Below, piece by piece: positions 1-9,715 of a stretch of 64,000 bases of DNA (the first letter of the stretch is position 1; every line of letters begins with the position of its first letter). A model generated the notes under the pieces. It had not been told where the DNA came from. It searched no databases and was given only the letters and a program-made list of their open reading frames with translations. The DNA comes from Dehalococcoidia bacterium (GTDB lineage Bacteria > Chloroflexota > Dehalococcoidia > Bin125): contig OY820591.1 of the NCBI GenBank assembly GCA_963555985.3, positions 448,001 to 512,000 on the forward strand, given 5' to 3'. The position numbers and the translations under genes are program-made.

Positions 1-551
1 CGAGCGGGTCGAATCGACAGTCGCGGCACTGGATCGTTGTGCGCGATCCGGCGGTGAAGCAGCAGCTCGCCGAGCTGAATCGGGCGGGGGTGTCGATGTA
101 CCTCGCCAACAACCGCGAGGCGGCCAATCCGCATGTCGATCAGGGTCGGCGGGAGCGCTTTTTGGCGGCGGTTGAGCACCAGATGAACCATATGCACGAA
201 GTGCCGGCGATTGTGATCGCCTGCGCGGATATGGTGCGGGCGCCTGGAGACAACTTCAACGCCGGCTCGGCCGCTGCGACTGAGGTTTGGGGAGCGGTGC
301 AGAACCTGCTGCTGGCGGCGCGTGCGCTGGAAGTCGGGAGCGTGCCGACTACGCTGGCGTTCATCGGCGACCAGCGTGAGCAGGCGCGGGAGGTTCTGGG
401 TCTACCGGAGCATATTTTGCCGATGGTGCTAATCCCGCTGGGCTGGCCGACGGGGAATTTTGGTCCGATTCGCCGGCGTCCGCTGGACGAGGTGCTGCAC
501 TGGGATCGGTATGAGGAGAAGTCGGAGTCACCGGAAGGGGTCAAGGTATGA
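1..551 (+). CDS. Nitroreductase family protein (5' truncated by window edge)
   Basis: The frame is open from the window start and reads SGSNRQSRHWIVVRDP (nitroreductase APSxxNxQ motif). AVQNLLLAARALEVGSV and LIPLGWP are typical C-terminal motifs. Confidence 0.85.
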   Translation, partial: SGSNRQSRHWIVVRDPAVKQQLAELNRAGVSMYLANNREAANPHVDQGRRERFLAAVEHQMNHMHEVPAIVIACADMVRAPGDNFNAGSAAATEVWGAVQNLLLAARALEVGSVPTTLAFIGDQREQAREVLGLPEHILPMVLIPLGWPTGNFGPIRRRPLDEVLHWDRYEEKSESPEGVKV

Positions 552-1429
552 CCGGCACAGCCGAACTGCGGATGCCCGCGTTGGTCGGCCGCTACACCGT
601 TGCGAAGTCGTTTGAGGTGACGGCGCGTGCGATCACGGCGTTTGCGGGGGGTGTGGGGGATTACAACCCTGTGTATTTCGATGATGACCGGGCGGGCGGT
701 CTGATTGCGCATCCGGGGATGGTGTTTTCCTGGCAGTGGAACTCGCGCTTTACGCCGGACCAGGAGTTCCCCCTGGAGCTCGTCCGTCGCGGCGTCCACG
801 CCTGGATCGATGTCCGCTTCGAGCGCGTCGTGCGCGAAGGCGACGTGATCACCTCGCAAGGCCAGTCGATTGCCGCCCGCCAGACCCGCCCCGGCGTTCT
901 GACAGCACAGCGCTACACGATGCGCGACTCCCAGGGCGAGACCGTCGCTGTGATGGACACCGGCGGGATTACCCGAGGCGCAACCCTCGATGGCGAAGAC
1001 GTTGAGCTCGAGTCGGCTCCGCCGCTGCCGGTTCCGTCGGCGAACGGGGCGTCCGAGCCGGTCTGGAGCGTGGAGTTGCCGATTGATCCGCAAGCGCCGC
1101 ATGTCTACACGGAGTGCGCGGATATCTGGAATCCGATTCACACTGAGCGCAAGGTGGCGCTGGCGGCCGGGCTGCCGGACATCATTTTGCACGGGTCGGC
1201 GAACATCACGATCGCGCTGCGGGAGGTGATTAACCGCAGCTTCGACGGCGATCCGACGCGGTTGCGGCGTTTCGCGGGGCAGTTCCGGGGGATGGTGATT
1301 CCGGGTCGTCCGGTTGTGGTTCATGCGCTGGAAGAGCGGGATGAGGGGGATCGTACGGTCGTCTTTTTCGAGATGCTGAATGATCAGGGTCAGGCAGCGG
1401 TGGCGAACGGGGTGGCTGTGGCGGTTTGA
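548..1429 (+). CDS. Double hot-dog MaoC-like acyl-CoA dehydratase
   Basis: N-terminal half has AFAGGVGDYNPVYFD..AHP. C-terminal half has the hydratase motif YTECADIWNPIH..ILHG. ATGA overlap with the upstream gene. Confidence 0.85.
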   Translation: MTGTAELRMPALVGRYTVAKSFEVTARAITAFAGGVGDYNPVYFDDDRAGGLIAHPGMVFSWQWNSRFTPDQEFPLELVRRGVHAWIDVRFERVVREGDVITSQGQSIAARQTRPGVLTAQRYTMRDSQGETVAVMDTGGITRGATLDGEDVELESAPPLPVPSANGASEPVWSVELPIDPQAPHVYTECADIWNPIHTERKVALAAGLPDIILHGSANITIALREVINRSFDGDPTRLRRFAGQFRGMVIPGRPVVVHALEERDEGDRTVVFFEMLNDQGQAAVANGVAVAV

Positions 1430-1484
1430 GTGATGGAGCTATGGAGGTCTCCCCCGCGCGCAGGTTGTTGCGATCTGCGGATGC

Positions 1485-1871
1485 TTAGGTGGGTACCTCT
1501 GTGAGCGGAGTGAGCAGCTCCAACAGCTCGGCGACGCTCTCAATGTCTCTGGCGATGATTTCGGCGTCGAGATGGCGTTTGCGCCGGTAGTAGTTGCTGT
1601 GGAGGTCGTTGGCGATGGCGCGTAACGCGCGCAAGCGATCGTTGCCGGTCGCGCGACCGGCTTGGTTGAGCACGAGGCTCAAGTCGGCGTGTGTCTCGTA
1701 GCGCCAGCCCTGGGCGTTGGCGGCGGCTTTGGCCATGTGCGCGACGGCTCCCCAAGCCTTCTCCGAGGCTTGGTGCAGATCGTCGGCTGCCAGGTATTCG
1801 CGGCTTTTGTCTAGAAATGCGCGAGCTTGGGCCGCGAAACCAGCGACGGCGAGTGGATCGGCGGTTGTCAT
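1485..1871 (-). CDS. PaREP1-family (HEPN-like) protein
   Basis: FLDKSREYLAADDLHQASEKAWGA...ANDLHSNYY signature. The ATG at 1871 is preferred over the TTG at 1892. Confidence 0.75.
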   Translation of the reverse strand: MTTADPLAVAGFAAQARAFLDKSREYLAADDLHQASEKAWGAVAHMAKAAANAQGWRYETHADLSLVLNQAGRATGNDRLRALRAIANDLHSNYYRRKRHLDAEIIARDIESVAELLELLTPLTEVPT

Positions 1872-2033
1872 CGCGGTTCTCAGTTTCTCCAAGTCGATCC
1901 TAGTCGACTCCCGAGTTCCTTTTCGTGCACCACCTTGGCGACTGGACAGCCTTCGTTTGGCGGTTCGCGTTGCCCTATCCTCTCTCCGAGCACGGTTACT
2001 CAGCCTCGAACGGGGCTAGCGAAGGACGCTGAG

Positions 2034-3809
2034 ATGCATGACATCGTGATTCGGAACGGACGGATTATTGACGGGACGGGGGCGACCGAGTTTGTCGGCG
2101 ACCTGGCGATTGACGGGGAGCGGATTTCGCAGGTTGGCGGGGAGGTTGGGCCCGGGCGCCGCGAGATTGACGCCGAGGGCAAGCTGGTGACGCCGGGCTG
2201 GATTGACATTCACACTCATATGGATGCGCAGGTCTCCTGGGATCCATACATGACGCCCTCCTGCTACAACGGGGTGACGACGGTGGTAATGGGCAACTGC
2301 GGGGTGGGTTTCGCGCCGGTGCGTGAGTCCGACCGCGAGTGGCTGATGGACTTGATGGACGCGGTGGAGGACATTCCGGCGACGGCGATGTCGGCCGGGA
2401 TCACGTGGGAATGGGAGTCGTTCCCGGAGTATCTCGACGCGATCGACGGCAAGCCGCGAGTGATGGACATTGCGGCGCAGTTCCCGCACTGCGCGCTGCG
2501 GACGTACGTGATGGGGCCGCGCGGTGCAGATGATGTGCAGCCGACCGATGAAGAGTTGGCGCATATGCGCCGCCTGGTGCGGGAGGGGATTGAGGCCGGC
2601 GCGGTCGGGTTCTCGTCGAACCGGCTGCTCGCTCACCGGACCAAGGAAGGTGAGCTGATTCCGGGCACGCTGGCGCAGTACCCGGAGCTAGAGGCGGTCG
2701 CCGAGGGCATCTCGCAGGGCGGTGGGGGCGTGTTCCAGCTGGTCGGTCCGTTCGAGCGCGAGTGGGTCGAAGAGATGGCGCTCAAGCACGAGTTGACCAT
2801 CACCTACCTCTCGGGCGAGGGTTCGGTCACGGCTGGCTCAGGCTGGAAGCAAGGTCTGGAAAGTGTCGAAGATGCGACCGAGCGCGGCGTTCGCATCTTT
2901 CCCCAGATTCGCGGTCGCGGCACAACCTTGCTGATGAGCCTTGAGGGTTCGATTCATCCCTACGTGCTCAACTACGCCTACCGCGAACTGGTCGAGCATC
3001 TGCCGCTGGCCGAGCGGATTGAGAAGATGCTCGATCCGGAGATCAAGGCCCAGATCCTGGCCAGTGACTGGGATCTAACCAACGACGTGCGCAAGAAAGT
3101 CCAGAACGCGGAGGATCATCCGTTCCTGGTCGACACCACGCCCGGCAACCTGATGCCCGGGATGTTGGAGATGGTCACGAACTGGCCCGAGGGCGTCTAC
3201 GTGTTGGGCGACCCGCCGGTCTACGAGCCTGAGTACGAGCGATCCGTCGCTGCACACGCCGAGCGTGAGGGCTTGTCGACCGAGGAGGCGTTCTACGACC
3301 TGATGACGCAGGGCGACGGCTCGACGCTGTTGCTGGTCTACCTCGAGGGTTACTCGCAGGGCAACTTCGACTATCAGCGCGAGTTGATGCTGCACCCGTT
3401 GACCCGCAACGGTCTCTCCGACGCGGGCGCGCACGTGGCGGCGGTCTCGGACGCGCACATGGTCTCGTGGAATCTGGCCTATTGGGGACGCGACCGGACT
3501 CGCGGAGAGCGCGTACCGCTGGAGACGATCGTGCATAAGCAGTCGGGCGCGAACGCCGACCTATACAACCTGCGCGATCGGGGCACGCTGGAAGCGGGCA
3601 AGCGGGCCGACGTGAACGTGATCGACTTCGAGCGGCTGGAGACCGACGCGCCGCACATGGTCTACGACCTGCCTGAGGGGGCGAAGCGTTTCATGCAACG
3701 GCCGTCGGGCTATGTCGCCACCATCTGCGCAGGCGAAGTGATCCTCGAGGATGACGAGTTGACCGGCGCGCTGCCGGGCAAGCTGGTGCGGGGAGCGCAA
3801 GGAGCTTAG
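2034..3809 (+). CDS. N-acyl-D-amino-acid deacylase family amidohydrolase
   Basis: Starts MHDIVIRNGRIIDGTG. Motifs PGWIDIHTHMD, GNCGVGFAP, SDAGAH and DRGTLEAGKRADVNV. The upstream extension of the ORF to 1827 is not homologous. Confidence 0.88.
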   Translation: MHDIVIRNGRIIDGTGATEFVGDLAIDGERISQVGGEVGPGRREIDAEGKLVTPGWIDIHTHMDAQVSWDPYMTPSCYNGVTTVVMGNCGVGFAPVRESDREWLMDLMDAVEDIPATAMSAGITWEWESFPEYLDAIDGKPRVMDIAAQFPHCALRTYVMGPRGADDVQPTDEELAHMRRLVREGIEAGAVGFSSNRLLAHRTKEGELIPGTLAQYPELEAVAEGISQGGGGVFQLVGPFEREWVEEMALKHELTITYLSGEGSVTAGSGWKQGLESVEDATERGVRIFPQIRGRGTTLLMSLEGSIHPYVLNYAYRELVEHLPLAERIEKMLDPEIKAQILASDWDLTNDVRKKVQNAEDHPFLVDTTPGNLMPGMLEMVTNWPEGVYVLGDPPVYEPEYERSVAAHAEREGLSTEEAFYDLMTQGDGSTLLLVYLEGYSQGNFDYQRELMLHPLTRNGLSDAGAHVAAVSDAHMVSWNLAYWGRDRTRGERVPLETIVHKQSGANADLYNLRDRGTLEAGKRADVNVIDFERLETDAPHMVYDLPEGAKRFMQRPSGYVATICAGEVILEDDELTGALPGKLVRGAQGA

Positions 3810-3820
3810 CCGGAGCGGTC

Positions 3821-4960
3821 ATGGGGTTCCGCTTCATCCACACCGCCGACTGGCAGATTGGCAAGGTCTTTCGCTTTGTCGATGATGCGGCGATGGGTCC
3901 GTTGCAGCAGGCGCGGTTGGAGGCGGTGACACGGATCGGCGAACTCGCGCGGACGCACAACGCGCACCACGTACTGGTCGCGGGCGACGTCTGGGATCAC
4001 GCTGCGCCCTCTCCGCGCTCGCGCAATCAGGTCGTCGAACGGATGCGGGCGCAGCCCGAGGTGGATTGGCACCTTCTGCCCGGCAACCATGATCCGTACC
4101 AGCCCAACGGCCTCTGGGATCAACTCCGCCAGCGTGAATTGCCCCGCAATGTTCAGATTCACACGGAAGCTGAAGTTGCGATCATTGAGTCAGGCACTGC
4201 CGCACTGCTCCCGGCTCCGCTTCAACACCGGCGCACGCTGACTGATCCCACGGCCTGGATGGACGATGCACGAACGGACGACGGCCTGATTCGGATTGGG
4301 CTCGCACACGGAGCCGTTCGCGGCTTTGGATCGGACGAACAGCAGCGTACGAATCCGATCGATCCCCAACGGGCGCAACAAGCACGGCTCGATTATCTCG
4401 CCCTGGGCGACTGGCACGGCGCATTGGAGATCAACCAGCGCTGCTGGTACAGCGGCACACCCGAGACCGACTCGTTCCAGACGCGGGGCGAGGGCACCGC
4501 CCTGCTGGTAGAGATCGACGGGCCAGGTCAGGCGCCGAAGATCACCACCCTCCAGACCGGCCAGTTCCGCTGGTTGTCGCTGGCGAATGAATATGTGGAG
4601 CGCACGGAAGACATCGATCTGCTCGAGAGCAAATTGCGGAATCTGGGCGGCGACCTGAATCGCACGCTGGTTGAGTTAAGCCTCTACGGGGTGCTCGCGC
4701 TCGCCGACATGCAGTATTTCGAGGAACGGATCGGGGAACGTGCGGCGGCGGCGCTGTACCACCTGCGTCTGAGTGCGGAGCTCCAGCCGGATCCGACGGA
4801 CGACGATCTGGATAGCATCGATCCCGGCGGGATCGTGCGCGCCGCTGCGGACAAACTGCGTCAGATGATCAATGACGACGGCGATGACGCGGAGCTCGCG
4901 GGCGAAGCGCTGCGTCGTCTCTATATCGAACACAAGCGACTGGAAGCGGGTGCACCGTGA
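3821..4960 (+). CDS. Mre11/SbcD-like DNA repair exonuclease (calcineurin-like metallophosphoesterase, YhaO type)
   Basis: Motifs FIHTADWQIG, VAGDVWD, LPGNHD, AHG, YLALGDWH and YSGTPE. Confidence 0.9.
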   Translation: MGFRFIHTADWQIGKVFRFVDDAAMGPLQQARLEAVTRIGELARTHNAHHVLVAGDVWDHAAPSPRSRNQVVERMRAQPEVDWHLLPGNHDPYQPNGLWDQLRQRELPRNVQIHTEAEVAIIESGTAALLPAPLQHRRTLTDPTAWMDDARTDDGLIRIGLAHGAVRGFGSDEQQRTNPIDPQRAQQARLDYLALGDWHGALEINQRCWYSGTPETDSFQTRGEGTALLVEIDGPGQAPKITTLQTGQFRWLSLANEYVERTEDIDLLESKLRNLGGDLNRTLVELSLYGVLALADMQYFEERIGERAAAALYHLRLSAELQPDPTDDDLDSIDPGGIVRAAADKLRQMINDDGDDAELAGEALRRLYIEHKRLEAGAP

Positions 4961-7650
4961 AGCTGCGCTCGCTCGCCGTCAACCAGTTCAAGAAGTTCAC
5001 TACTCCCAGCCGCCTCGAGGGGATCGACGATGCGCTCAATCTAGTGGTGGGTCCGAACGAGTTGGGCAAGTCGACGCTGCTCGACGCCTTGCGCGCGGTG
5101 CTGTTCGAGCGTTATAGCTCGCGGGCGCGGCCGATCATGGCCTTGCAGAACGATCGCAGCGGGGCTGCGCCGGTAGTTGAGTTGGTCTTTGAAGTCGCGG
5201 GCGGTGAGTACAGGTTGACCAAGCGTTTCGTGAAGAGCGCCTACGCGCAGCTGCGCTGTCCAGACGGCACGCTGCTCGAAGCCGATGCCGCCGAAGCGGA
5301 ACTGCGCCGCTTGCTCGGCTTTCGTGAGGCGGGCAGCCGCGGGGCGAATCTCGAAACCCTGGGGATGTGGGGCGTGCTCTGGGTGCAGCAGGGGCAGTCC
5401 TTCGGGCGGCCGGATCTGCCCGAATCGGCCCTCGCCAGCCTCAGCGCGGGACTCGAATCGGAAGTGGGAGCAGTGCTGGGCGGTCGGCGCGGACGGCAGC
5501 TGCCGCAGGTGATTGAGCAGCGCCGGGGCGAGCTGATCACGGCGGCGCGGCGTCAGCCGCGCGGCGAGTACAAGGAGGCTCTTGATCAAGTCGAAGGACT
5601 GCAAGAGCAACTCCACACGCAACAGGCGCAGCGCCAGGAGAGCTCGGAGACATTGGAACAACTGGAGGCCGCTGAGGGCCGCCTGCGCCGGCTTGAGTAC
5701 AGCGATCAGGATCAACTCGATAGCGAAGATTTGCAGCTCACCCGCGAACGTCTGGCTCAGGAGAACCTACTCGAATCGCGGATTGAAGCCGCGCAGAGCG
5801 ATCTACAGCTGCGCCGCGATCAGTGGGAGCGGGCCCGGCGAGCCGCCGCCGCTCGCGCCGATGCGAGAGCTGAACTCAAACAGGAGGCCGCCCAGCTCAG
5901 TGCCGAGCGCCGCCGCCTCGCCGATCTGGAAACCGAAGACCGCGACTCGGCGGCGCAATTCGAGTTCCTGCGTCAGCGCGTCGCGCAGGTGGAGGCGGCT
6001 GCCGTCGCTGCGGAAGACGACGCTGGCCGTCTGCGCGACACGCTCGATTCGCTGCTCTCCAGCGCAGAACTGCGCCAACTTGAGCAGCAACATGATGCGG
6101 CTGCGGCCGCTCAGGAGCAGCTCGAGCAGGCCCGCCGCGAGTCCGAATCGATCCGTGCCACCGATCAGGCTTTACGCCGAATCCGCGAGGCTCTCAACGC
6201 TCACGACCGGGTGCAAGCCCAGATCGGCGGCGCAGCGACCAGAGTCCGCTTCGAGATTCCCCCCGAACAGCGGGCGGGCATCGAACTGAACGGAACACCG
6301 CTGATCGATTCGGAGGCGCCGATCGAGACCGTTGAGCCGCTTGTGATCTCCATCCCCGATCGCGGGCGCATCGTGATCGATCCGAATGTCTCCGATCGCG
6401 AGCTGCTGTTGGATGCGCGCAGCAGCGCCGAGGCGGAGCTGCGGGCCGCGTTGGAGGCGGCCGGCGCGGTCTCGCTGGCGGACGCCGAGTTACAGGCGGA
6501 GCGCCGGCGCGGGCAGGAGCAGGCGGCGGCGCTGGCGCGGCAGCGGCTCGAGTTGCTCGCGCCGGAGGGGATCGCTGCGTTGCGCGAACGTCTGGACAGC
6601 CTGCGCAACCGTCTCGCTGTGCGTCCGCCGGTGACGGACGATCAGCAGCCGCACACGCCGGAAGAGGCGGAGCAGGCCGTGCGTAAGGCGGAGGAGACTC
6701 TGCGCGAAGCCCGAGAGCAGGAACGCGCCGCCCGAGCCGCCGCTGCCGAGCGCGGTGAGGCCGTCGCCCAACAGCGCGAGCGTATCCGCGCCCTCCGCGC
6801 CGAGATTGACTACCGCGACGATCTGCTCGAGCGCCGCCGTACAGAATTCGCGCGAGCCGAAGAGGAACAGTCCGACGACCAGCTGGCGCTCGAGCTCTCC
6901 GCCGCGCAACAGCAGGCTGAACTGAGTGAGAGCGTCGCGCAGACATTGACCGCCAAACGCTCAGCGGGGGCGCGTACGCAGCTGGAGGCGCGGATCGCGC
7001 GGCTTGAGACTGTCCTGCGCGAACGCGGTCAGACTCGCGCGGACCTTCGGACCGAGGTTGCACGGCTCCGTGAGCGGGTCGAACTGCACGACAGCGCCGG
7101 GATCGACGAAGCGATCGAGCACAGCGAGCGCGAACTCGAACAGGCCGTCCGTGAACGCGAGCGGCTGGCGCGGGAGATCGCCGTGCTTGATCTCCTGGCC
7201 GACACGCTCGACGAGGCGGCCAGCGAGGCCCGCGAGCGCTATCTCGCGCCGGTGCTCGATCGTGTTCGCCCCTATCTGCAAATGCTCTTCCCCAACGCCG
7301 AGATCGCAATGGACGAGAACCTTGAGATTGTGGGTATGTCGCGCCAGGCTGGGTACGAGGAGCGCTTCGATCATCTCAGCATGGGCACCCAGGAACAGAT
7401 CGCGGTGCTCGTCCGCCTCGCCTTCGCCGAGATGCTGGTTGAACAGGGCGCTCCGGCGGCGGTGATTCTGGATGACGCGCTGGTCTTTTCCGACGACCAG
7501 CGCATGAGCCTGATGTTCGACATCCTCTCGCACGCCGCCCAGCGTGTGCAGATCATCGTCTTCACCTGCCGCGAGCAACTCTTCGAAGGCCTCGGCGCGC
7601 GCCAGCTCCAGCTTGTCCCGGCCGACCGGGAGTCTCTCCGCTCGGCCTAG
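4957..7650 (+). CDS. Rad50/SbcC-like coiled-coil ATPase (YhaN type)
   Basis: Walker A GPNELGKST, a long Ala/Glu/Arg-rich coiled coil, signature LSMGTQEQ and Walker B VILDD. GTGA overlap with the nuclease gene. Confidence 0.9.
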   Translation: MKLRSLAVNQFKKFTTPSRLEGIDDALNLVVGPNELGKSTLLDALRAVLFERYSSRARPIMALQNDRSGAAPVVELVFEVAGGEYRLTKRFVKSAYAQLRCPDGTLLEADAAEAELRRLLGFREAGSRGANLETLGMWGVLWVQQGQSFGRPDLPESALASLSAGLESEVGAVLGGRRGRQLPQVIEQRRGELITAARRQPRGEYKEALDQVEGLQEQLHTQQAQRQESSETLEQLEAAEGRLRRLEYSDQDQLDSEDLQLTRERLAQENLLESRIEAAQSDLQLRRDQWERARRAAAARADARAELKQEAAQLSAERRRLADLETEDRDSAAQFEFLRQRVAQVEAAAVAAEDDAGRLRDTLDSLLSSAELRQLEQQHDAAAAAQEQLEQARRESESIRATDQALRRIREALNAHDRVQAQIGGAATRVRFEIPPEQRAGIELNGTPLIDSEAPIETVEPLVISIPDRGRIVIDPNVSDRELLLDARSSAEAELRAALEAAGAVSLADAELQAERRRGQEQAAALARQRLELLAPEGIAALRERLDSLRNRLAVRPPVTDDQQPHTPEEAEQAVRKAEETLREAREQERAARAAAAERGEAVAQQRERIRALRAEIDYRDDLLERRRTEFARAEEEQSDDQLALELSAAQQQAELSESVAQTLTAKRSAGARTQLEARIARLETVLRERGQTRADLRTEVARLRERVELHDSAGIDEAIEHSERELEQAVRERERLAREIAVLDLLADTLDEAASEARERYLAPVLDRVRPYLQMLFPNAEIAMDENLEIVGMSRQAGYEERFDHLSMGTQEQIAVLVRLAFAEMLVEQGAPAAVILDDALVFSDDQRMSLMFDILSHAAQRVQIIVFTCREQLFEGLGARQLQLVPADRESLRSA

Positions 7651-7716
7651 CGGGCTGCACTGGGGAGTCATACTCGAGGAGGCTCAGGCAGTCTGAGCGA
7701 ACGTACGCTGGAGGGT

Positions 7717-9597
7717 ATGCAGACGCTCCGGCGGCTCGCAGGACTCGTATCGGCGGTGCTGTGCACGGCCTTGCTCCTGGCCTGCGCTCAGCCGGAACAG
7801 GCAGAGCAGACAGCGCCGCCCGCTCCTACCGCTGCTGAGCGCGCGCCGGCGCAAGCTGCCCAAGCAGAAACGGCTCCGTCCCAGGAGGGCGTCTGCTCGC
7901 GTACGCCTGCGGTGCGGGACGCGCTCGTTGCAGCTATTGAAGGAGTTGACGACTGCGCTGCTGTCACCGCCCGACAGCTCGTCTCGATCGACGGCGCGCT
8001 CGACCTCAGCGGCGCGGGCATTCATACGCTTCGCGCGCATGACTTCAGCGGCCTCTTCAAGCTGCGCGAACTTCGTCTCAACGATAACCAGATTCGCCGG
8101 CTGCCCCCGGAGCTCTTTGCCGACCTCTCCGATCTTCGTCTCCTCCACCTCCACAACAATCCCGGCGCTCCCTTCCCGATCAGATTGCGCCTGATTGAAA
8201 CTAGATTCGAGGACATACCCGGCGTCGCGATCGAAGTGCCGACTGCCGCTCCTTTCCTGATCGACGTTCGTCTGCTCAACGAACACGTCGCCCTCTCCGG
8301 TGCGTTTGTGCGGATCGAAGCAGGCAAGCGCTACAGCGCAGATGTGCAGACCGGCGGCATTTTCGGCTCCGATCAGGGCCGGATCCGGATCGTGGATGCA
8401 ACGTCTGTGCCCAGCGACCGCTGCAACGGCGACCTGTGCTGGCAGGGCCTGACCATCGTCCCGGATCCGACAGCGTTGATCGTGCGCGCCCCGCAGCAGG
8501 ACGCCGGAGTTCATGCGTCTGCTTCTGGCCTCTGTGCCGGGATGCCTACGCAGGTCACCGTGGTCACTCCGCAGAGCTTCGAACACGATGCGCGCATCGT
8601 GCGTCGGGTCTTCGCTCCTTCCGGACAGTGTTCGAGCGCCGTCACGATCAGTCCGGCCCCGAACCGGCCACGCAGAGTGTGCACGCTCACCCAGTACGTC
8701 ACGCCCACCCGCCACGGCTCGAGCGCGTCACATGAGCGCGAGGGCGATTGCCGTTGGCTGGAAATCGAGCATCAGTCCAGTCAGGGCGCGATCCAATCGG
8801 ACACACCCGCCTGTGGCGATCCCGGTGCGCTCACGATCATCGCCAACGCCGAGACCTTCAATCACCGCGGCCGGATCGATGCAGTCTCCTTCGACCCTGA
8901 GACTCGCTGCTACTCCTTCCTGAGCGCCGCGCAAGACCCGAATCGAGCCGAACCGTTCATGTTTTCGCCCGATCAAGAGTGCGTGATCCAGCGAAACCAG
9001 GCTCCGGTCGGTGATTGCGGTGCGATCGTGTTCTGGAGTGGAGAGGGCGTTGGCGGCGTCCGTAACCTTGTGGAAGCTCAAGCCGAGGTCGCGCGCATCC
9101 GGCCACACCGCCAAGGTGAAGAGGAAGCGCAACGGCTCGGATTGATTGAGGCCTGCCGACAGCTGCCGCCGCTCTCCGTCACCGCCGACGCCGGATCATT
9201 CAACGAACAGCGCCTGCTCTATGCGATCGGCGCGGATCCCGACGAGCTCTGCTTCATCACGCTCTATGTCGCCGCCCATCCAGCTGCCGACGAGTCGCGC
9301 GTGCTTGCTGCGGGCGAGCAATGCACGATCAGCGCAACGTTTCAGCTGCTTGGCTTCCCCTATCTCCTGCCGACAACGCAAACCGGCGATTGCGAGGCGT
9401 TGATCCATTGGACGCAGTTCTGGCCTGCGGAAGGCGACGCTTCTGTGGAGGAGATCACACATTGGGCGGAGAGCATCGCGCGGCAACTGGCCGGAACGAG
9501 CGCCGAGGAGTGGGCCGCGCTGGAGTCGCAGTTCTTCTGCATCAACGATGTCTGCACACTCCGACCGTCCGCCGGCGCAGGAGACGAAGAACGGTAG
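7717..9597 (+). CDS. Leucine-rich-repeat lipoprotein with a Cys-rich unknown C-terminal region
   Basis: Lipobox LLAC. N-cap VCSRTPAVRDAL..C. LRR units LDLSGAGIHTL, LRELRLNDNQIRRLPPELF and LRLLHLHNNP. RBS GGAGG. Confidence 0.75.
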   Translation: MQTLRRLAGLVSAVLCTALLLACAQPEQAEQTAPPAPTAAERAPAQAAQAETAPSQEGVCSRTPAVRDALVAAIEGVDDCAAVTARQLVSIDGALDLSGAGIHTLRAHDFSGLFKLRELRLNDNQIRRLPPELFADLSDLRLLHLHNNPGAPFPIRLRLIETRFEDIPGVAIEVPTAAPFLIDVRLLNEHVALSGAFVRIEAGKRYSADVQTGGIFGSDQGRIRIVDATSVPSDRCNGDLCWQGLTIVPDPTALIVRAPQQDAGVHASASGLCAGMPTQVTVVTPQSFEHDARIVRRVFAPSGQCSSAVTISPAPNRPRRVCTLTQYVTPTRHGSSASHEREGDCRWLEIEHQSSQGAIQSDTPACGDPGALTIIANAETFNHRGRIDAVSFDPETRCYSFLSAAQDPNRAEPFMFSPDQECVIQRNQAPVGDCGAIVFWSGEGVGGVRNLVEAQAEVARIRPHRQGEEEAQRLGLIEACRQLPPLSVTADAGSFNEQRLLYAIGADPDELCFITLYVAAHPAADESRVLAAGEQCTISATFQLLGFPYLLPTTQTGDCEALIHWTQFWPAEGDASVEEITHWAESIARQLAGTSAEEWAALESQFFCINDVCTLRPSAGAGDEER

Positions 9598-9619
9598 GCG
9601 CTCGCGAACCACCTGCGCG

Positions 9620-9648
9620 TTGCAAATTCGTTTGCCAATCGCCATACT
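9620..9648 (+). promoter_or_regulatory. Putative sigma70-type promoter of ABC SBP operon
   Basis: TTGCAA-N17-CATACT, and the same pattern recurs before other SBP genes. Confidence 0.6.
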
Positions 9649-9715
9649 CCCTCCAACTGGGGCCAGGATGCGCATATTCGGCTCGTCTGCGCCCGGATCC
9701 GAGAAGGAGTGAACA

